Below are positions 47,925-58,588 of a stretch of DNA of 64,000 nt, piece by piece. Where the stretch lies: positions 1-64,000 of the forward strand of contig CAWJIE010000005.1 of the NCBI GenBank assembly GCA_963842885.1, read 5' to 3'. This stretch comes from an uncultured Nitrososphaerota archaeon. GTDB taxonomy: Archaea > Thermoproteota > Nitrososphaeria > Conexivisphaerales > DTJL01. The notes under the pieces are model-generated. The model was not told the origin of the DNA. It worked only from the letters and a program-made list of their open reading frames with translations, and made no database searches. A program made the position numbers and the translations under genes. The number at the start of each line of letters is the position of its first letter. The stretch's first letter is position 1.

Positions 47925-49474
47925 TCCTCTCCCTCCTCACCCGCCGCCTCCTGACCCAGGAGCTTCGAATAGCTGGGCGGCCTCTTCTTGCCGTAGAGCG
48001 AGGCGCTGAACCTGGCTATCATGGGGATGTACTTGGCGTAGATGTTCATCCTCTTCACCTGTCTCTCCATCGTCCCCTTCCTGCTGAGGTAGAGCTGAAG
48101 CCTCCTGAGGACCTCCCTTATCCCATTCCTCAGCTCCCTCTCCACTTCGGGCCTGTCGGCGATGTACTCCTTCCCCACCGTCTTGTAGGGGATCCTCGTC
48201 GAGCACAGATGCGTGATGATCACCAGCGAAGAATCCGCGGGGACCCTGTACCTCTTGAGGTCTATCTCCTCGTTGATTACCTTCCACGAAACGTCGCTCC
48301 CCTCGTCGTAGAGAAGCGGTATCCTGTTGGCGAAGCGCAGCAGCCTGAGCCCCGCCGGGAGGGCCCTGCTCCCGTAGGCCAGGCCCACCTCGACGATGAA
48401 GGGGTACCCCGAATACGCGGCCGGGTCCCGCACGGCCACCGCCGAGAACTCCGGCGAGAGCTCCTTCACTATGCCCGCCGTGAATATCTTCTCCCCCATG
48501 GGCGACAGGCACCTAGCGTCGGGCGGCAGGAACTTCTCGTAGGCGTGCAGGGCCTCCGTGAACTTGACCAGCTCCTCGTTGGTGAGCGTCCTCGGGTCGG
48601 CCGCCGGGTCGAACCCCGCCCAGGAGAGGAAGTCCTTCGCGATCTTGTCGCCGACCCTGTGGAAGTTCCTGACCATGAACCTGGCCATGGTCCCGCCCTT
48701 CCATCCCCTGATGAGCCTCTTCACGGCCTCCACGTCCAGGCCGTGGGGGTGCGGAAGGGTCTCCTTGGGGGGATCTGGCATCTCGCTCGTCCCCCTCTCG
48801 AACGCCATCAGCTTCCCTGTGGGATCGACGAAGGTGAGGTCGGCGTAGGGGGTCACCAGGGCGCTCTCCCTGAAGTAATCTTGGATCTTGTTTGCCGACC
48901 TGAAGTAGTCCCCCTCCAGCTCGATCCTGACCTGCGTCCCCCTCCAGCCTTTGGCGTCGACGACTTCATGCTTCAGGATGACGGGGTTGTTCCTCTCGAT
49001 GTCGATGGTTATCAGGAAGTCGTGAGCCTTGACGCCGTCGGTGGAACTGGCGACTTCGAGGGGCTTGTTGGTGGTGATTTGACCGTAGAGGACGGCCATG
49101 GTCCCGCCCATGCCGAACATGCCCCTGGACTGCCTCAGCTTGTACTTCGAGCCGTAGAAGATGCGGCCGAACGCCCGGGGTACGTGCTCGGCTTCCACCC
49201 CCGAGCCGTTGTCCCTTATGAGGAGCACGTATCGCTTGGGGTCGGGCTTGTCCTCCTCGCCAGGTGCGCAGGAGATGCGGACGTAAATCTCAGGCTGAAT
49301 GCTGAACAGCTCACACGAGTCCAGCGAGTTCTCCAGGAGCTCTCTCACGGCGCTGTAGAGGGCCCTCGACGGGTTGCTGAATCCTGCCAAATCCCGGTTT
49401 CTATAGAAAGAAGTCAGAAGGGCTAACTTCGCTGAAAGAAACGTTGCTCTGCGGCATCCTCGCTCACCCGCCAC
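47921..49474 (-). CDS. top6B: DNA topoisomerase VI subunit B (indels in first ~20 codons)
   Basis: RELLENSLD, DNGSG, GSKY..QSRG.FGMG, PHPHG, RFANRIPLLY, PYKTVGKE; the conserved SPSDFF lies in a shifted frame. Confidence 0.96.
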   Translation of the reverse strand: MAGERGCRRATFLSAKLALLTSFYRNRDLAGFSNPSRALYSAVRELLENSLDSCELFSIQPEIYVRISCAPGEEDKPDPKRYVLLIRDNGSGVEAEHVPRAFGRIFYGSKYKLRQSRGMFGMGGTMAVLYGQITTNKPLEVASSTDGVKAHDFLITIDIERNNPVILKHEVVDAKGWRGTQVRIELEGDYFRSANKIQDYFRESALVTPYADLTFVDPTGKLMAFERGTSEMPDPPKETLPHPHGLDVEAVKRLIRGWKGGTMARFMVRNFHRVGDKIAKDFLSWAGFDPAADPRTLTNEELVKFTEALHAYEKFLPPDARCLSPMGEKIFTAGIVKELSPEFSAVAVRDPAAYSGYPFIVEVGLAYGSRALPAGLRLLRFANRIPLLYDEGSDVSWKVINEEIDLKRYRVPADSSLVIITHLCSTRIPYKTVGKEYIADRPEVERELRNGIREVLRRLQLYLSRKGTMERQVKRMNIYAKYIPMIARFSASLYGKKRPPSYSKLLGQEAAGEEGEE

Positions 49475-49977
49475 AAACCTGTCGATAGATGCTCATAAGA
49501 CTTTCAGCCGTCGACTCTCGTGTCTTGCAGTCGGCGAAGACACCCGCGGAGCGCCTTCCCCAAAGGCTATGTTCTTATTAGGAAACGCACAGAAGCACCC
49601 GCGAAATGATGCTCTAGTCTTTGCCATAACATATCCTTTATCCTGCCTTTTTCACGATGACGTGCGGGCCTGGTGTGAACCCCACCCCTTTGATGAATCG
49701 CGTCACATCTTCCCCCTTATGATTTGAGCGCCGATTCTGCTGACGCTGGAGCTGATGCCGATGGTACGAAAGGTCATCGTCCGCTGTGCGCCAAGGGAGT
49801 ATCTGACGACCCACGCGGCATCCCTTTGTCGGCTCTTGCGTGATGGAGAGCCCGTCACTTGAATGCGCCTCTTTCCACCGTATCCTAATCAGATGTGAAC
49901 CACGCGGTGGAACAAGATGCTGGGCCCTCCATCGGGTATGTTGTCAGGGTCTCCCAAAAGCGACCCTAGCGCCCTGC

Positions 49978-50538
49978 CTAGTCTTCCCAGAGCTTCAGGC
50001 GGTCGAGCTTCTCCTTCGTCCTGGCCTTCTGGAGGATTTCGTAGACGGTCCTGTGCTCGCTCCCGGCTGCCAGCATGGAGATGGCGTCACTGGCGAGCCT
50101 CGCGTGCACTTCATCGCAGATTATGGCGACATAGTGACCGTAGACGGAAATGGAGGCGCCCGTTAGCTCCTCGATGACCCTCCTCGCCTTGCCGCGCTCA
50201 CCGATGATCCTGCCCTTTATCCTCTCCATGGAGGACTTCGACCCCCCCGTCGTCTCCCTGAGATCTATCACCGTGAAAGTCTCCCCCTCCTTGATGAGCC
50301 TCCTCGCCCTCTCAGGCGAGAAGCCCTTCCCGATGGCGTCGATGACTTCGATGGCCTTGAAGGGGTTCACTTCTTCGAGGTCGGCGGCCTCGGCCCTGAC
50401 CATGACCTCACCCGTCTCGCTCTCGACGGTGAGTTTGACCTTCAGGAGCTCCTCCAGCTCCTTCTTCTCCTCGCCGCTCCGTCCGATGATTACGCCCACC
50501 CTTTCCTTGGGGACCCTGACCATCTGCTCGAAGCTCAT
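49978..50538 (-). CDS. KH-domain rRNA processing protein (Dim2/Pno1)
   Basis: VIIGRSG, GKGFSPE, RIKGRIIGERG, GSEH.TVY. Confidence 0.92.
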   Translation of the reverse strand: MSFEQMVRVPKERVGVIIGRSGEEKKELEELLKVKLTVESETGEVMVRAEAADLEEVNPFKAIEVIDAIGKGFSPERARRLIKEGETFTVIDLRETTGGSKSSMERIKGRIIGERGKARRVIEELTGASISVYGHYVAIICDEVHARLASDAISMLAAGSEHRTVYEILQKARTKEKLDRLKLWED

Positions 50539-51314
50539 TCGCCTGACACCATCTCGAGTATCTCCTTTGCGGGCTTAATCACTATTCCCCTCTTTGCGAA
50601 GAAAGCGTTGACGTTGTCGACGTCCCGTCTGAGGAACTCGGCGGACATCGGGTGCCTTATGTCGACGGCGGACCCGAAGTCGAAGAGGGTCAACCTCCCG
50701 TGCAGCTTGAAGACATTGTAGGCGGAGAGGTCTGCGTGGACGAGGGAGGCCTCCCTGTAGAGGAGCTCCACCAGCCTCAGCACGCCGGCGTAGTCACGAG
50801 CGGTCACGGTGGTCTCCTCCAGGGTCGGGGCGGGGACCCCCCCTTCGCCTATGAACTCCATCACCAGGACGTTCTTGCTCAAAGAATACGGCTCGGGGAC
50901 CCTGACGCCCGCGTCGAAGGCCCGCCTCAGGTTGGAGTACTCCTTCCTGGCCCACTCGAAGATGAGGCCGTGGCCGTACTTCCTCACCCTGCTGAAGCGC
51001 GGGTCGCCGGTCATGTAGATGAGCCTCTTCTTGAAGTCCGACGTAGTCGTGTAGAAGAGCTTGACGGCGACGTCCTTCCCCTTCCTGACGCCCCAGTACA
51101 CCCTCCCCTCCTTCCCGGCCTGCACCACCCCGTTGAGATAGTCGAGGTCGCCTCTCTTCATCATGTCATAGAGGGCGAAGAGGGTGTCCCTGTCGAAGAC
51201 GGCCTGCCGAGAGTCCCTGTTTTCAGATCGGTTCCTGAGGTACCTGTTCTGCTTGTCTGACCTGAAGAGTTCCCGTACTATCTGGTCTTCCTGTTTAGAA
51301 GTCCCTTCGCTCAA
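50535..51314 (-). CDS. rio1: RIO1-type serine protein kinase
   Basis: GKEG.VY, AVK, WARKEY.NL, LVMEFIG, LVHADLS.YN, DFGSAV, HP...FL.RD..N. Confidence 0.93.
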   Translation of the reverse strand: MSEGTSKQEDQIVRELFRSDKQNRYLRNRSENRDSRQAVFDRDTLFALYDMMKRGDLDYLNGVVQAGKEGRVYWGVRKGKDVAVKLFYTTTSDFKKRLIYMTGDPRFSRVRKYGHGLIFEWARKEYSNLRRAFDAGVRVPEPYSLSKNVLVMEFIGEGGVPAPTLEETTVTARDYAGVLRLVELLYREASLVHADLSAYNVFKLHGRLTLFDFGSAVDIRHPMSAEFLRRDVDNVNAFFAKRGIVIKPAKEILEMVSGE

Positions 51315-51316
51315 GC

Positions 51317-51628
51317 TCAAAGCTCCGGCGCGATTTGGCCCTTCTCTTTGAGCTGGTCCACCTGTCCCACAGTGTAACGCCAGAGTATGTCGCATCTCTC
51401 CGCGGACTTGAAGTCCCAGGGGGCGACGAGGACGATGTCCCCTTCACGGATCCATATCTTCCGCTTCAGCTTCCCCCTGATTCGACCCATCCTAGTCAGG
51501 CCGTCACTGCAGTGGACCATGATGTGGTCGCTGCCGAGGAGCTTGATGACCCTGGCGAACATCTCTCCTTCGGACGGCGACATGAACTCCTTGAGGGCCT
51601 TCTCGCTCAGTACCTTCCTCTTTCCCAA
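51317..51628 (-). CDS. eif1a: Translation initiation factor aIF-1A
   Basis: LLG, C.DG..R.GRIRGKLK..IWIREGD.V.V.PWDF, WRYT. Confidence 0.95.
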   Translation of the reverse strand: MGKRKVLSEKALKEFMSPSEGEMFARVIKLLGSDHIMVHCSDGLTRMGRIRGKLKRKIWIREGDIVLVAPWDFKSAERCDILWRYTVGQVDQLKEKGQIAPEL

Positions 51629-51750
51629 AGCTGACCGTTGAGAATCAAATTCGCACAAGTAATAAACTTATTGTAAAGCGCGAATGGCTGTCGTCTGCCA
51701 ATGGAGTTCAGGCTGGAGACCAGTATCTAGACTCGCAGGCGCTCTCAGAC

Positions 51751-52062
51751 CTAGAACTTGTAGATCATCAGAATGGAGACCTCCTCGATCTTCCTCACCG
51801 CCCTGGGGTGACCCAGCTTCTCATTCAGCGCCTTAGCCACTATCCTGTTCCCTACGAGGTTCACGATGTCGGTCTCCTTGATCTGCTTCAATGCCGTCTC
51901 TTCGTCCACCCTGACCCCGGAGAAGTAGTCCGGCGTGATGTCGACCTTGAGCTTCCCCTCCCTGAGGGTCCTGCCCAACAGTTCCTCGTCACATATGTTG
52001 ACCGTCCTGGCGGTCTGGTACCTGAGTTCCCTGCTGATGAAGCCCCTCTTCCTGGCCGGCAC
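51751..52062 (-). CDS. DUF424 family protein
   Basis: NICDEELLG, YF.G, IVNLVG. Confidence 0.88.
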   Translation of the reverse strand: MPARKRGFISRELRYQTARTVNICDEELLGRTLREGKLKVDITPDYFSGVRVDEETALKQIKETDIVNLVGNRIVAKALNEKLGHPRAVRKIEEVSILMIYKF

Positions 52063-52066
52063 TTCC

Positions 52067-52483
52067 CTATCCCTTCGCAGGTGACTTCGCGCCGCACGCT
52101 TCGCAGACCAGAAGAGAGACCTTCTTTAGCTTCTCGATGTGCGTGTCCGGGCTGGCGCAGACCGGGCAGATGACGTTCTCCTTTACATAACGCTCCAGGA
52201 GGACCGCGAAGGAGTCCTTCCCCCTGCGACCGATGAAGATGGCCCTTCCCTCGGCGTCGAGCGAGGCGGCCGTGGCCAGCTCCTTGGCCAGGTACATCAG
52301 TATCTTCGACGGCTCACGGCGGATGGCCGAAGACACCTCCTTGAAGTTCCGGAAGATGGTGCGGCTCCCCACGAAGACGACCACAGGCTGGGGCAGGACA
52401 AAACGGCTCTCACGCTTGGCGCCCTCCGTGGGCAGGTCGGCCTTTATCCTGTCGAGGAGCTCCCCGTAGCTCCGTGTGGACAA
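52067..52483 (-). CDS. eif2b: Translation initiation factor aIF-2 beta subunit
   Basis: Y.ELL.R, RF..P, T...NF, KELAT, C..C.SPDT...CEACGA. Confidence 0.93.
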   Translation of the reverse strand: MSTRSYGELLDRIKADLPTEGAKRESRFVLPQPVVVFVGSRTIFRNFKEVSSAIRREPSKILMYLAKELATAASLDAEGRAIFIGRRGKDSFAVLLERYVKENVICPVCASPDTHIEKLKKVSLLVCEACGAKSPAKG

Positions 52484-52617
52484 CGCAACACCCGACTTGT
52501 TCCATGCCCAATCCGTATCCCCTTAAAGCTTTCCTTTCAAGCCGGGCCCCGCCATGAAGCAGTCTCAGGCTCAGACATCTTTATTACTGACTGTCGGCCC
52601 TTCGTCCTCCACATCGG

Positions 52618-52959
52618 GTGGTCTTGGTGAGCGCCGACAAGGTGAGCTACGAGGAATTCTCGAAGCTGGACATCAGGGTCGGCAGGATCGTGGAGGCGAA
52701 GAAGGTCGAGGGTTCGAGGAAGTTGGTCGAGCTGAAGATAGACATCGGAGGGACGGTCAAGAGGGCCGTCGCCGGCATCGCGTCGTACTATGACTTGGAG
52801 AAACTGCCGGGCGCCCAGGTGGCCGTCGTGACCAACCTGCAGCCCAGGGTGCTCATGGGACTGGTGAGCGAAGTCATGATCCTCGCCGCCTTCGCCAACG
52901 ACAAGCTCTCGGTCTTGAGACCTGATACAGAAATGGAGAACGGCGCCAAGGTATCCTAG
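52618..52959 (+). CDS. tRNA-binding OB-fold protein (Trbp111/CsaA/MetRS C-terminal-like)
   Basis: F.KLDIRVG.I, KL..L.IDIG, AGI, NL.PR.LMG..SEVMILAA. Confidence 0.88.
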   Translation: MVLVSADKVSYEEFSKLDIRVGRIVEAKKVEGSRKLVELKIDIGGTVKRAVAGIASYYDLEKLPGAQVAVVTNLQPRVLMGLVSEVMILAAFANDKLSVLRPDTEMENGAKVS

Positions 52960-53930
52960 TCTAGCGTGGGGATGCCCAGGTCTATGGCGAGACCTTGTTC
53001 TGGCTCGTCATCGAGCGACCTTCCGCCCAGCACCTGGGCGACCGGGTCGTAAATCCGCAGCTGCGTCTCCTGCTTCATGACCATCACCATGGCGATGACG
53101 GAGCCTCCCCTGTCCGAGACCTTGCTCCCGTAATGGAGCCTCATCTCGTTGCCCAACAGGTTCTTCAGGCCTTCGGCGGAGAACTTCGCCTGCTCGAAGG
53201 TTATGGGCCGGTTCCCGCTGGTGTATATCATCACTTCATCGACTCCGTTCTGTCCCATCGCATACGCCCTCCTGACCAAGGCAGCCAGGCCCTCGTCGAA
53301 GCCACCGGCGAGATCTCTGATCTCAAGCGAGGCCTTCCCCTTCTCCATCATCTTGATGAGCTTCCTTATCTCGACGGCCGGGGCCCCCCCGTTTTCGTTC
53401 ACGAAGAGCGCCTCCAGGGCGTCCGCCACCCTGCTGTCGATCGTCTCGTAGAGCCTGTTAAGCGGCAGCTCCTCGAGCGTCTCCTCGACGAACTGCTCCC
53501 TGTCGATCACAAGAAGACCACCGCAGTGGTTCTTCATCTTCGCGAGGCCGACGCCGGCCCTGTACTCCATCCACTTCTGGTACCTGAAGGGCAGCAACGT
53601 CACGCCGAAGGTCTTGGCCCCTGCGCCGGTCACAGCCTTTGCGAGCCTCGGGGCGAGGTTGCTTCCAGAAGAGCCTCCTAGGCCAGCGACCACGAAAGCC
53701 ACGTTCCTTCCCGCGATCGCGCGGCTCACGACGCTCTCGATCTCCTCGTCGTCCCAGCCGTTCATGTTCACGCCGTCAGTTCCAGCAAGGTCCTCTTCGT
53801 CTAGGCTGGCGAAAAGATACGCCGCCTGAATTCCGCGTCCCTGAAGGAGGTTTACGATCCTGCAACCTGACGTGCCAACGCCCACGAAAAGTATACGCCC
53901 GCCGCTAGCCTCCAAACTATTCCCTCGCAA
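52956..53930 (-). CDS. ftsZ: Divergent FtsZ/tubulin-family protein
   Basis: VGVGTSGCRIV, AGLGGSSGSNLAP (degenerate GGGTG signature), LPFRY, LVID; C-terminal YDP..LD.EP tail. Confidence 0.75.
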   Translation of the reverse strand: MRGNSLEASGGRILFVGVGTSGCRIVNLLQGRGIQAAYLFASLDEEDLAGTDGVNMNGWDDEEIESVVSRAIAGRNVAFVVAGLGGSSGSNLAPRLAKAVTGAGAKTFGVTLLPFRYQKWMEYRAGVGLAKMKNHCGGLLVIDREQFVEETLEELPLNRLYETIDSRVADALEALFVNENGGAPAVEIRKLIKMMEKGKASLEIRDLAGGFDEGLAALVRRAYAMGQNGVDEVMIYTSGNRPITFEQAKFSAEGLKNLLGNEMRLHYGSKVSDRGGSVIAMVMVMKQETQLRIYDPVAQVLGGRSLDDEPEQGLAIDLGIPTLD

Positions 53931-54108
53931 GTGCTACCCATAACGGATGCCGATATAAGATACAATCATCACATTGCATTTACATATGATTAACTATTGT
54001 TGACTAATCCAAGCCTGAAAAGGTCAACAAACGTTCCTTTTGTACATATTGAAGTCGCACTAGTCTTAAATTCATCACCGCTTCGTCTAATTCTTGGTTG
54101 AGTGATTC

Positions 54109-55638
54109 ATGCAGAAGAGCGGGCGAAGTCTGAAGCTGGACGAGTTCTTCGACGGGGTCTACAAGGAGTACGAGGACCAGCAGGTGTTTCAGTTGTTCAT
54201 CGGCGGCGAGTGGAGGGAGAGCGGCGACGGCAAGCTGTTCAGCCTCGTCAGCCCCGTGGACGGGGGCATGTTCGCCAAGGCCTCCGCGGCGACGCAGCTG
54301 GACGTTTCGGACGCCGTCGCCTCGGCCTTCGAGAGGCAGCACCTCATCCGGGACCTTGCAGGTATCGAAAGGGCGGGGATAATCGAGGAGGCCCGCCACA
54401 TCCTCCTGGACCATGAGGAGGACTTCGTCAACGCCCTGATGCTTGAGGGAGGGAAGACGAGGGCCGATGCCCAGGGGGAGCACCGGGGGATAGCCAACAG
54501 GATGGCGCTGGTGCTGGACGAGGCCAGGAGGATCTACGGCGAATACATACCCGGCGACTGGTCGAGGGACACGCTGGCGAAGATAGCCCTGGTCATCAGG
54601 GAGCCCGTCGGGGTCGTCGCAGCGATTTCACCCTTCAACTACCCCCTCTTCATCCCCGCGACCAAGATCATCCCGGCCCTGCTCGCGGGCAACTCGGTCG
54701 TGGCCAAGCCCGCCAGCGCCACGCCCATCGCGACACTGCTCTTCGCGAGGGTGCTCGAGGCGGCAGGCCTGCCGAAGGGTGTCCTCAACGTGGTCACCGG
54801 CAGCGGAGCGGTAGTGGGCGATTCGCTCGTGAGCGATCCTCGTGTCGCCATGGTGAGCCTCACCGGGAGCACCGATGCCGGCAAGAAGATTGTTGAGAAG
54901 GCGGGCATCAAGAAGCTGCATCTGGAGCTGGGAGGGAAGGCCTACGCAGTCGTCCTCTCGGACGCCGACCTGAAGCTGGCCGCCATGAAGACGGTCGAAG
55001 GAAGCCTGAAGAGCGCCGGGCAGCGTTGCGACGCCGTCAGCGCCATCATCGTCGAGGAGTCCGTTGCCGACTCCTTTGTCGAGAAGGCCCTGGAGGCGTT
55101 CGATTCCTTCAAGTTCGGGAACCCCTTCGACGAGGGAGTCCAGGTGGGCCCTCTTATCTCCAAGGAGGCAGCGATACGGGTCAACCTCCTGGTTTCTGAC
55201 GCCGTGCACAAGGGGGCTAAGCTCCTTAGAGGAGGAGACTTCAAGGACGCCTACCACCAGCCCACCTTCCTCGACGGGGTCCCTCTGGATTCGCGCATCG
55301 CCTGGGAGGAGACCTTCGGACCCGTGGTGACGGTGATAAGGGCGAAAGGCGAGGAGGAGGCCCTGGGCATCACTTCGAAGAGTCGGTACGGGCTCGACGG
55401 ATGCGTCTTCTCCAACGACTTCTACAGGATGTGGAGGGTGGCGAAGAGGATCCAGGCCGGCGAGATAGTCGTGAACGATCTGCCGCGCCATGGCACCGGC
55501 TTCTTCCCCTTCGGCGGAGCCAAGGAATCGGGGACTGGAAGGGAGGGGATCGGGTACAGCATAGACGAGATGACCAACCTGAAAACCATCGTTTTCAACC
55601 TGGAACCCGGGAAGATGGGCAAGAAGACGCTCGGCTAG
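54109..55638 (+). CDS. gapN: Non-phosphorylating NAD(P)-dependent glyceraldehyde-3-phosphate dehydrogenase
   Basis: ALDH motifs plus archaeal GAPN-type YIPGDW..DT, AGQRCDA, NDLPRHG.G.FPFGG, REGIGY. Confidence 0.85.
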   Translation: MQKSGRSLKLDEFFDGVYKEYEDQQVFQLFIGGEWRESGDGKLFSLVSPVDGGMFAKASAATQLDVSDAVASAFERQHLIRDLAGIERAGIIEEARHILLDHEEDFVNALMLEGGKTRADAQGEHRGIANRMALVLDEARRIYGEYIPGDWSRDTLAKIALVIREPVGVVAAISPFNYPLFIPATKIIPALLAGNSVVAKPASATPIATLLFARVLEAAGLPKGVLNVVTGSGAVVGDSLVSDPRVAMVSLTGSTDAGKKIVEKAGIKKLHLELGGKAYAVVLSDADLKLAAMKTVEGSLKSAGQRCDAVSAIIVEESVADSFVEKALEAFDSFKFGNPFDEGVQVGPLISKEAAIRVNLLVSDAVHKGAKLLRGGDFKDAYHQPTFLDGVPLDSRIAWEETFGPVVTVIRAKGEEEALGITSKSRYGLDGCVFSNDFYRMWRVAKRIQAGEIVVNDLPRHGTGFFPFGGAKESGTGREGIGYSIDEMTNLKTIVFNLEPGKMGKKTLG

Positions 55639-55714
55639 ACCAAAGACCAGCCTCCCGGCCGCCCCTGCCCTCTCCTCTTTCCTTATATGCGCGCCGAATC
55701 CAATAGGACGCGAC

Positions 55715-56905
55715 TTGCGTAGCAGGCGACCTTCGGCTCGAGGGAAAACGGACCCTGGCCTTCCCTCGCCCGGCGGAACCCGGTCGAGCCGCAAGGCGCT
55801 GGTCCTCCTGGACGACGTTGAGCTCGGCCACCGTTTCAGGGTCCTGCTGCAAGAGAAGGAACAGAAGGCCCTTAGGAAGGGCGTGTCAGAGCTGGAGTTG
55901 GCCGTATCCAAGCTTGCAAAGGACGGTTTCGCCAAGCCCGTCCGCAAGGTCGAGACCGAAAGCCTGGGGATTCGTTCTGACGTCCTTCTCGGCGAGCTCC
56001 GGCAGGTCCGAGAGGCGCGCACGATGTCCAGGGCCAAGTACTACCTGCGGCGTCTCAGGGCGGGCCTGGAGGAGCCCAGGATTGGCACCATCAACGACAT
56101 CAACTTGCGTCGCTGGAAGGAGTATGACGATGTCTGGACGGACAGCCTGTGGGTCATGGGGAGGAGGGACAGCTCGGGCGCCCACAAGGGCTGGTACTGG
56201 GGGAATTTCGTTCCTCAGATCCCCCGCCAGATGATGCTGAGATACACGAAGGCGAACGACTGGGTCTTGGATGGTTTCGCAGGCAGCGGAACCACACTTA
56301 TCGAGTGCAGGAGACTGGGGAGGAACGGCTTCGGGATTGAGCTGAACCACAAGGTCGTCCAGGCTGCTCGGCGGCTCGTCTCGGAGGAGGCCAACCCTTC
56401 AGGCGTCACTACCGAGATCTTCGAAGCTGACAGCTCCAAGGTCGACCTGAGACCAATCATGGAAAGGTTGGGGGCGAAGAAGGTGCAGATGCTCATCTTG
56501 CATCCACCCTACCATGACATAATCCGCTTCTCGGATGACCCTGGGGACCTAAGTAACGCAGCTGACGTCGACGCCTTCGTCGGAAGGTTCTCAGCCTGCG
56601 TTGACAACCTGGCCCCGTTTCTCGAGGACGGGCGCTATATGGCGTTGGTCATAGGCGACAAGTACTCACGCGGGGAATGGGTTCCCCTTGGCTTCCTCTG
56701 CATGAAGGAAGTGCTTGACAGGGGCGACTTCGTGCTCAAGAGCATCATCGTCAAGAACTTCGACGAGACTAGGGGAAAGAGGAAGCAGACGTCGCTCTGG
56801 CGGTACCGCGCGCTTGCCGGCGGGTTCTACGTGTTCAAGCACGAGTACGTCTTTCTATTCTTGAAGGTCGGCGCCCGTGAAAGCGACGGCCGCAGAGGGC
56901 ACTAG
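55715..56905 (+). CDS. Orphan N4/N6 DNA methyltransferase
   Basis: GNFVPQIP, VLDGFAGSGTT..GIELN, HPPY, FKHEY. Confidence 0.85.
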   Translation: MRSRRPSARGKTDPGLPSPGGTRSSRKALVLLDDVELGHRFRVLLQEKEQKALRKGVSELELAVSKLAKDGFAKPVRKVETESLGIRSDVLLGELRQVREARTMSRAKYYLRRLRAGLEEPRIGTINDINLRRWKEYDDVWTDSLWVMGRRDSSGAHKGWYWGNFVPQIPRQMMLRYTKANDWVLDGFAGSGTTLIECRRLGRNGFGIELNHKVVQAARRLVSEEANPSGVTTEIFEADSSKVDLRPIMERLGAKKVQMLILHPPYHDIIRFSDDPGDLSNAADVDAFVGRFSACVDNLAPFLEDGRYMALVIGDKYSRGEWVPLGFLCMKEVLDRGDFVLKSIIVKNFDETRGKRKQTSLWRYRALAGGFYVFKHEYVFLFLKVGARESDGRRGH

Positions 56906-57064
56906 CCCATTCCCGCCAAGAGGCCCACCGTCATCCCACGCCTCCCAGTGGTGACTTCGGGTGCATGGATGCGGCGCCCCTCTCCATCCGACAAAATTTA
57001 TATGTCAGGTTGGGAACACCTCATTTTATGTTTTCCCGTCAGTTCCAAGCCAGATTAGTTCAGT

Positions 57065-58320
57065 TTGGGGGAAGATACAGCCTTGGCGTTGGTGGCTGCT
57101 GATATCTCCTGGATGCTGACGGCCACCGGGCTCGTCATGATAATGACGCCGGCCCTCGGCTTCTTCTACGGAGGCCTTGTCCGGCGGAAGAACCTCGTCT
57201 CCACCATCGTCCAGTGCTTCATCATCTTCGCCGTGGTCAGCCTGGTCTGGGCGCTTTGGGGATATTCGTTAGCCTTCAGCCCATCGGTCAACGGTGTGAT
57301 CGGGGACCTTTCTGCCGCGGGCCTCAACGGCGTAGGGGCAGCGGCCAATCCCATCTACGCGGCCACCATACCCGCGCTGCTTTACTTCGCCTTCCAGCTC
57401 AAGTTCGCCGCCATAACACCGGCCCTCATCATCGGTGCATTCGCGGAGAGGATCAGGTTCAAGGCTCTCCTCATATTCATCGTCCTCTGGGCGACCTTCA
57501 TCTACGCGCCCATAGCCCACTGGGTCTGGGGGTACGGCGGCTGGCTGCGAGCGCTGGGCGTGATCGATTTTGCGGGTGGCCTGGTCGTTCATATATCCGC
57601 AGGGATGTCCGCCCTTGCGGCGGCCGTCGTCATCGGCAGGAGGAAGGGCATCGAAAAGACCGCCGAGACGCGGCCGAACAACATCCCCTATGTGATTTTG
57701 GGCGCATCCATCCTTTGGTTCGGCTGGTTTGGCTTCAACGGAGGTAGCTCCTTCGCCGCGGACGCGCTTGCCGTGCAAGCTCTTGGTCAACACAAACATG
57801 GCGGCGTCGGCGGCAGCGGTCAGCTGGATGCTGGTTGACTGGTCAAGAAAGGGGAAGCCGTCTGCGGTGGGCATATCGATCGGGCGCGGTGTGCGGCATG
57901 GTCGCCATAACGCCGGCGGCCGGCTTCGTGGGCGTGGGGCCTGCCATCTTCATAGGTCTCGTCGTCGGCGTCCTCTCCAACTTCGTTTCGAATTGGCGTG
58001 CAAGCAGGACTAGGGTGGACGATGCCTTGGACGTCTTCGCCTGCCACGGCGTCGGGGGCATCTGGGGGGTCCTGGCGACGGGCATATTCGCGTCCACCGC
58101 CATCAACGCCGCAGGTCCCAACGGGGCACTGTACGGAAACCCCCATCTCCTTGCGGTGCAGGCGTTCGCCATCGTCGTGGTCGCCGCCTTCGCCTTCTTC
58201 GGCTCCTACTTCCTTCTGAAGGTCATTGACTTCATCACGCCAGTCAGGGTGAGCCCCGAAGAGGAGGAGACGGGGCTGGACATGAGCCAGCACGGCGAAG
58301 AAGCGTATGACGAAAGGTGA
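57065..58320 (+). CDS. amt: Ammonium transporter, frameshifted near 57785-57890
   Basis: MTPALGFFYGG, GAFAER, HWVW, DFAGG.VVH, LWFGWFGFNGGS, DDALDVF.CHG, EEE.GLD...HGE.AY. Confidence 0.95.
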
Positions 58321-58588
58321 GCCCGGAGAACGCGCAGAAGCACCACCTGAAACCGAAGTGGCCGAGCGCAGCCGCTCCCCGCCACCCTGAGGTCCCCCTG
58401 CCTTTCTTCAGACAGATCGCCAAATGTCGTGGAACGTCTTGCTCAGTTCGGGAGCCGACGACCTCAAGGTCACGGAGCCTCCGAAGAAGAAGGACAAGTA
58501 GTTCCATCATCATTCCGTTCTTCTCCCCCTTCATCGACCGCACTCCATCGAAATGGTAATGGCTTATAGGACACCATGGGCTGAAGCA

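Noticed and set aside
57065-58320. Amt as evidence of ammonia oxidation
   Set aside because: Amt is ubiquitous, there are no amo genes in the window, and the other genes point to heterotrophy.
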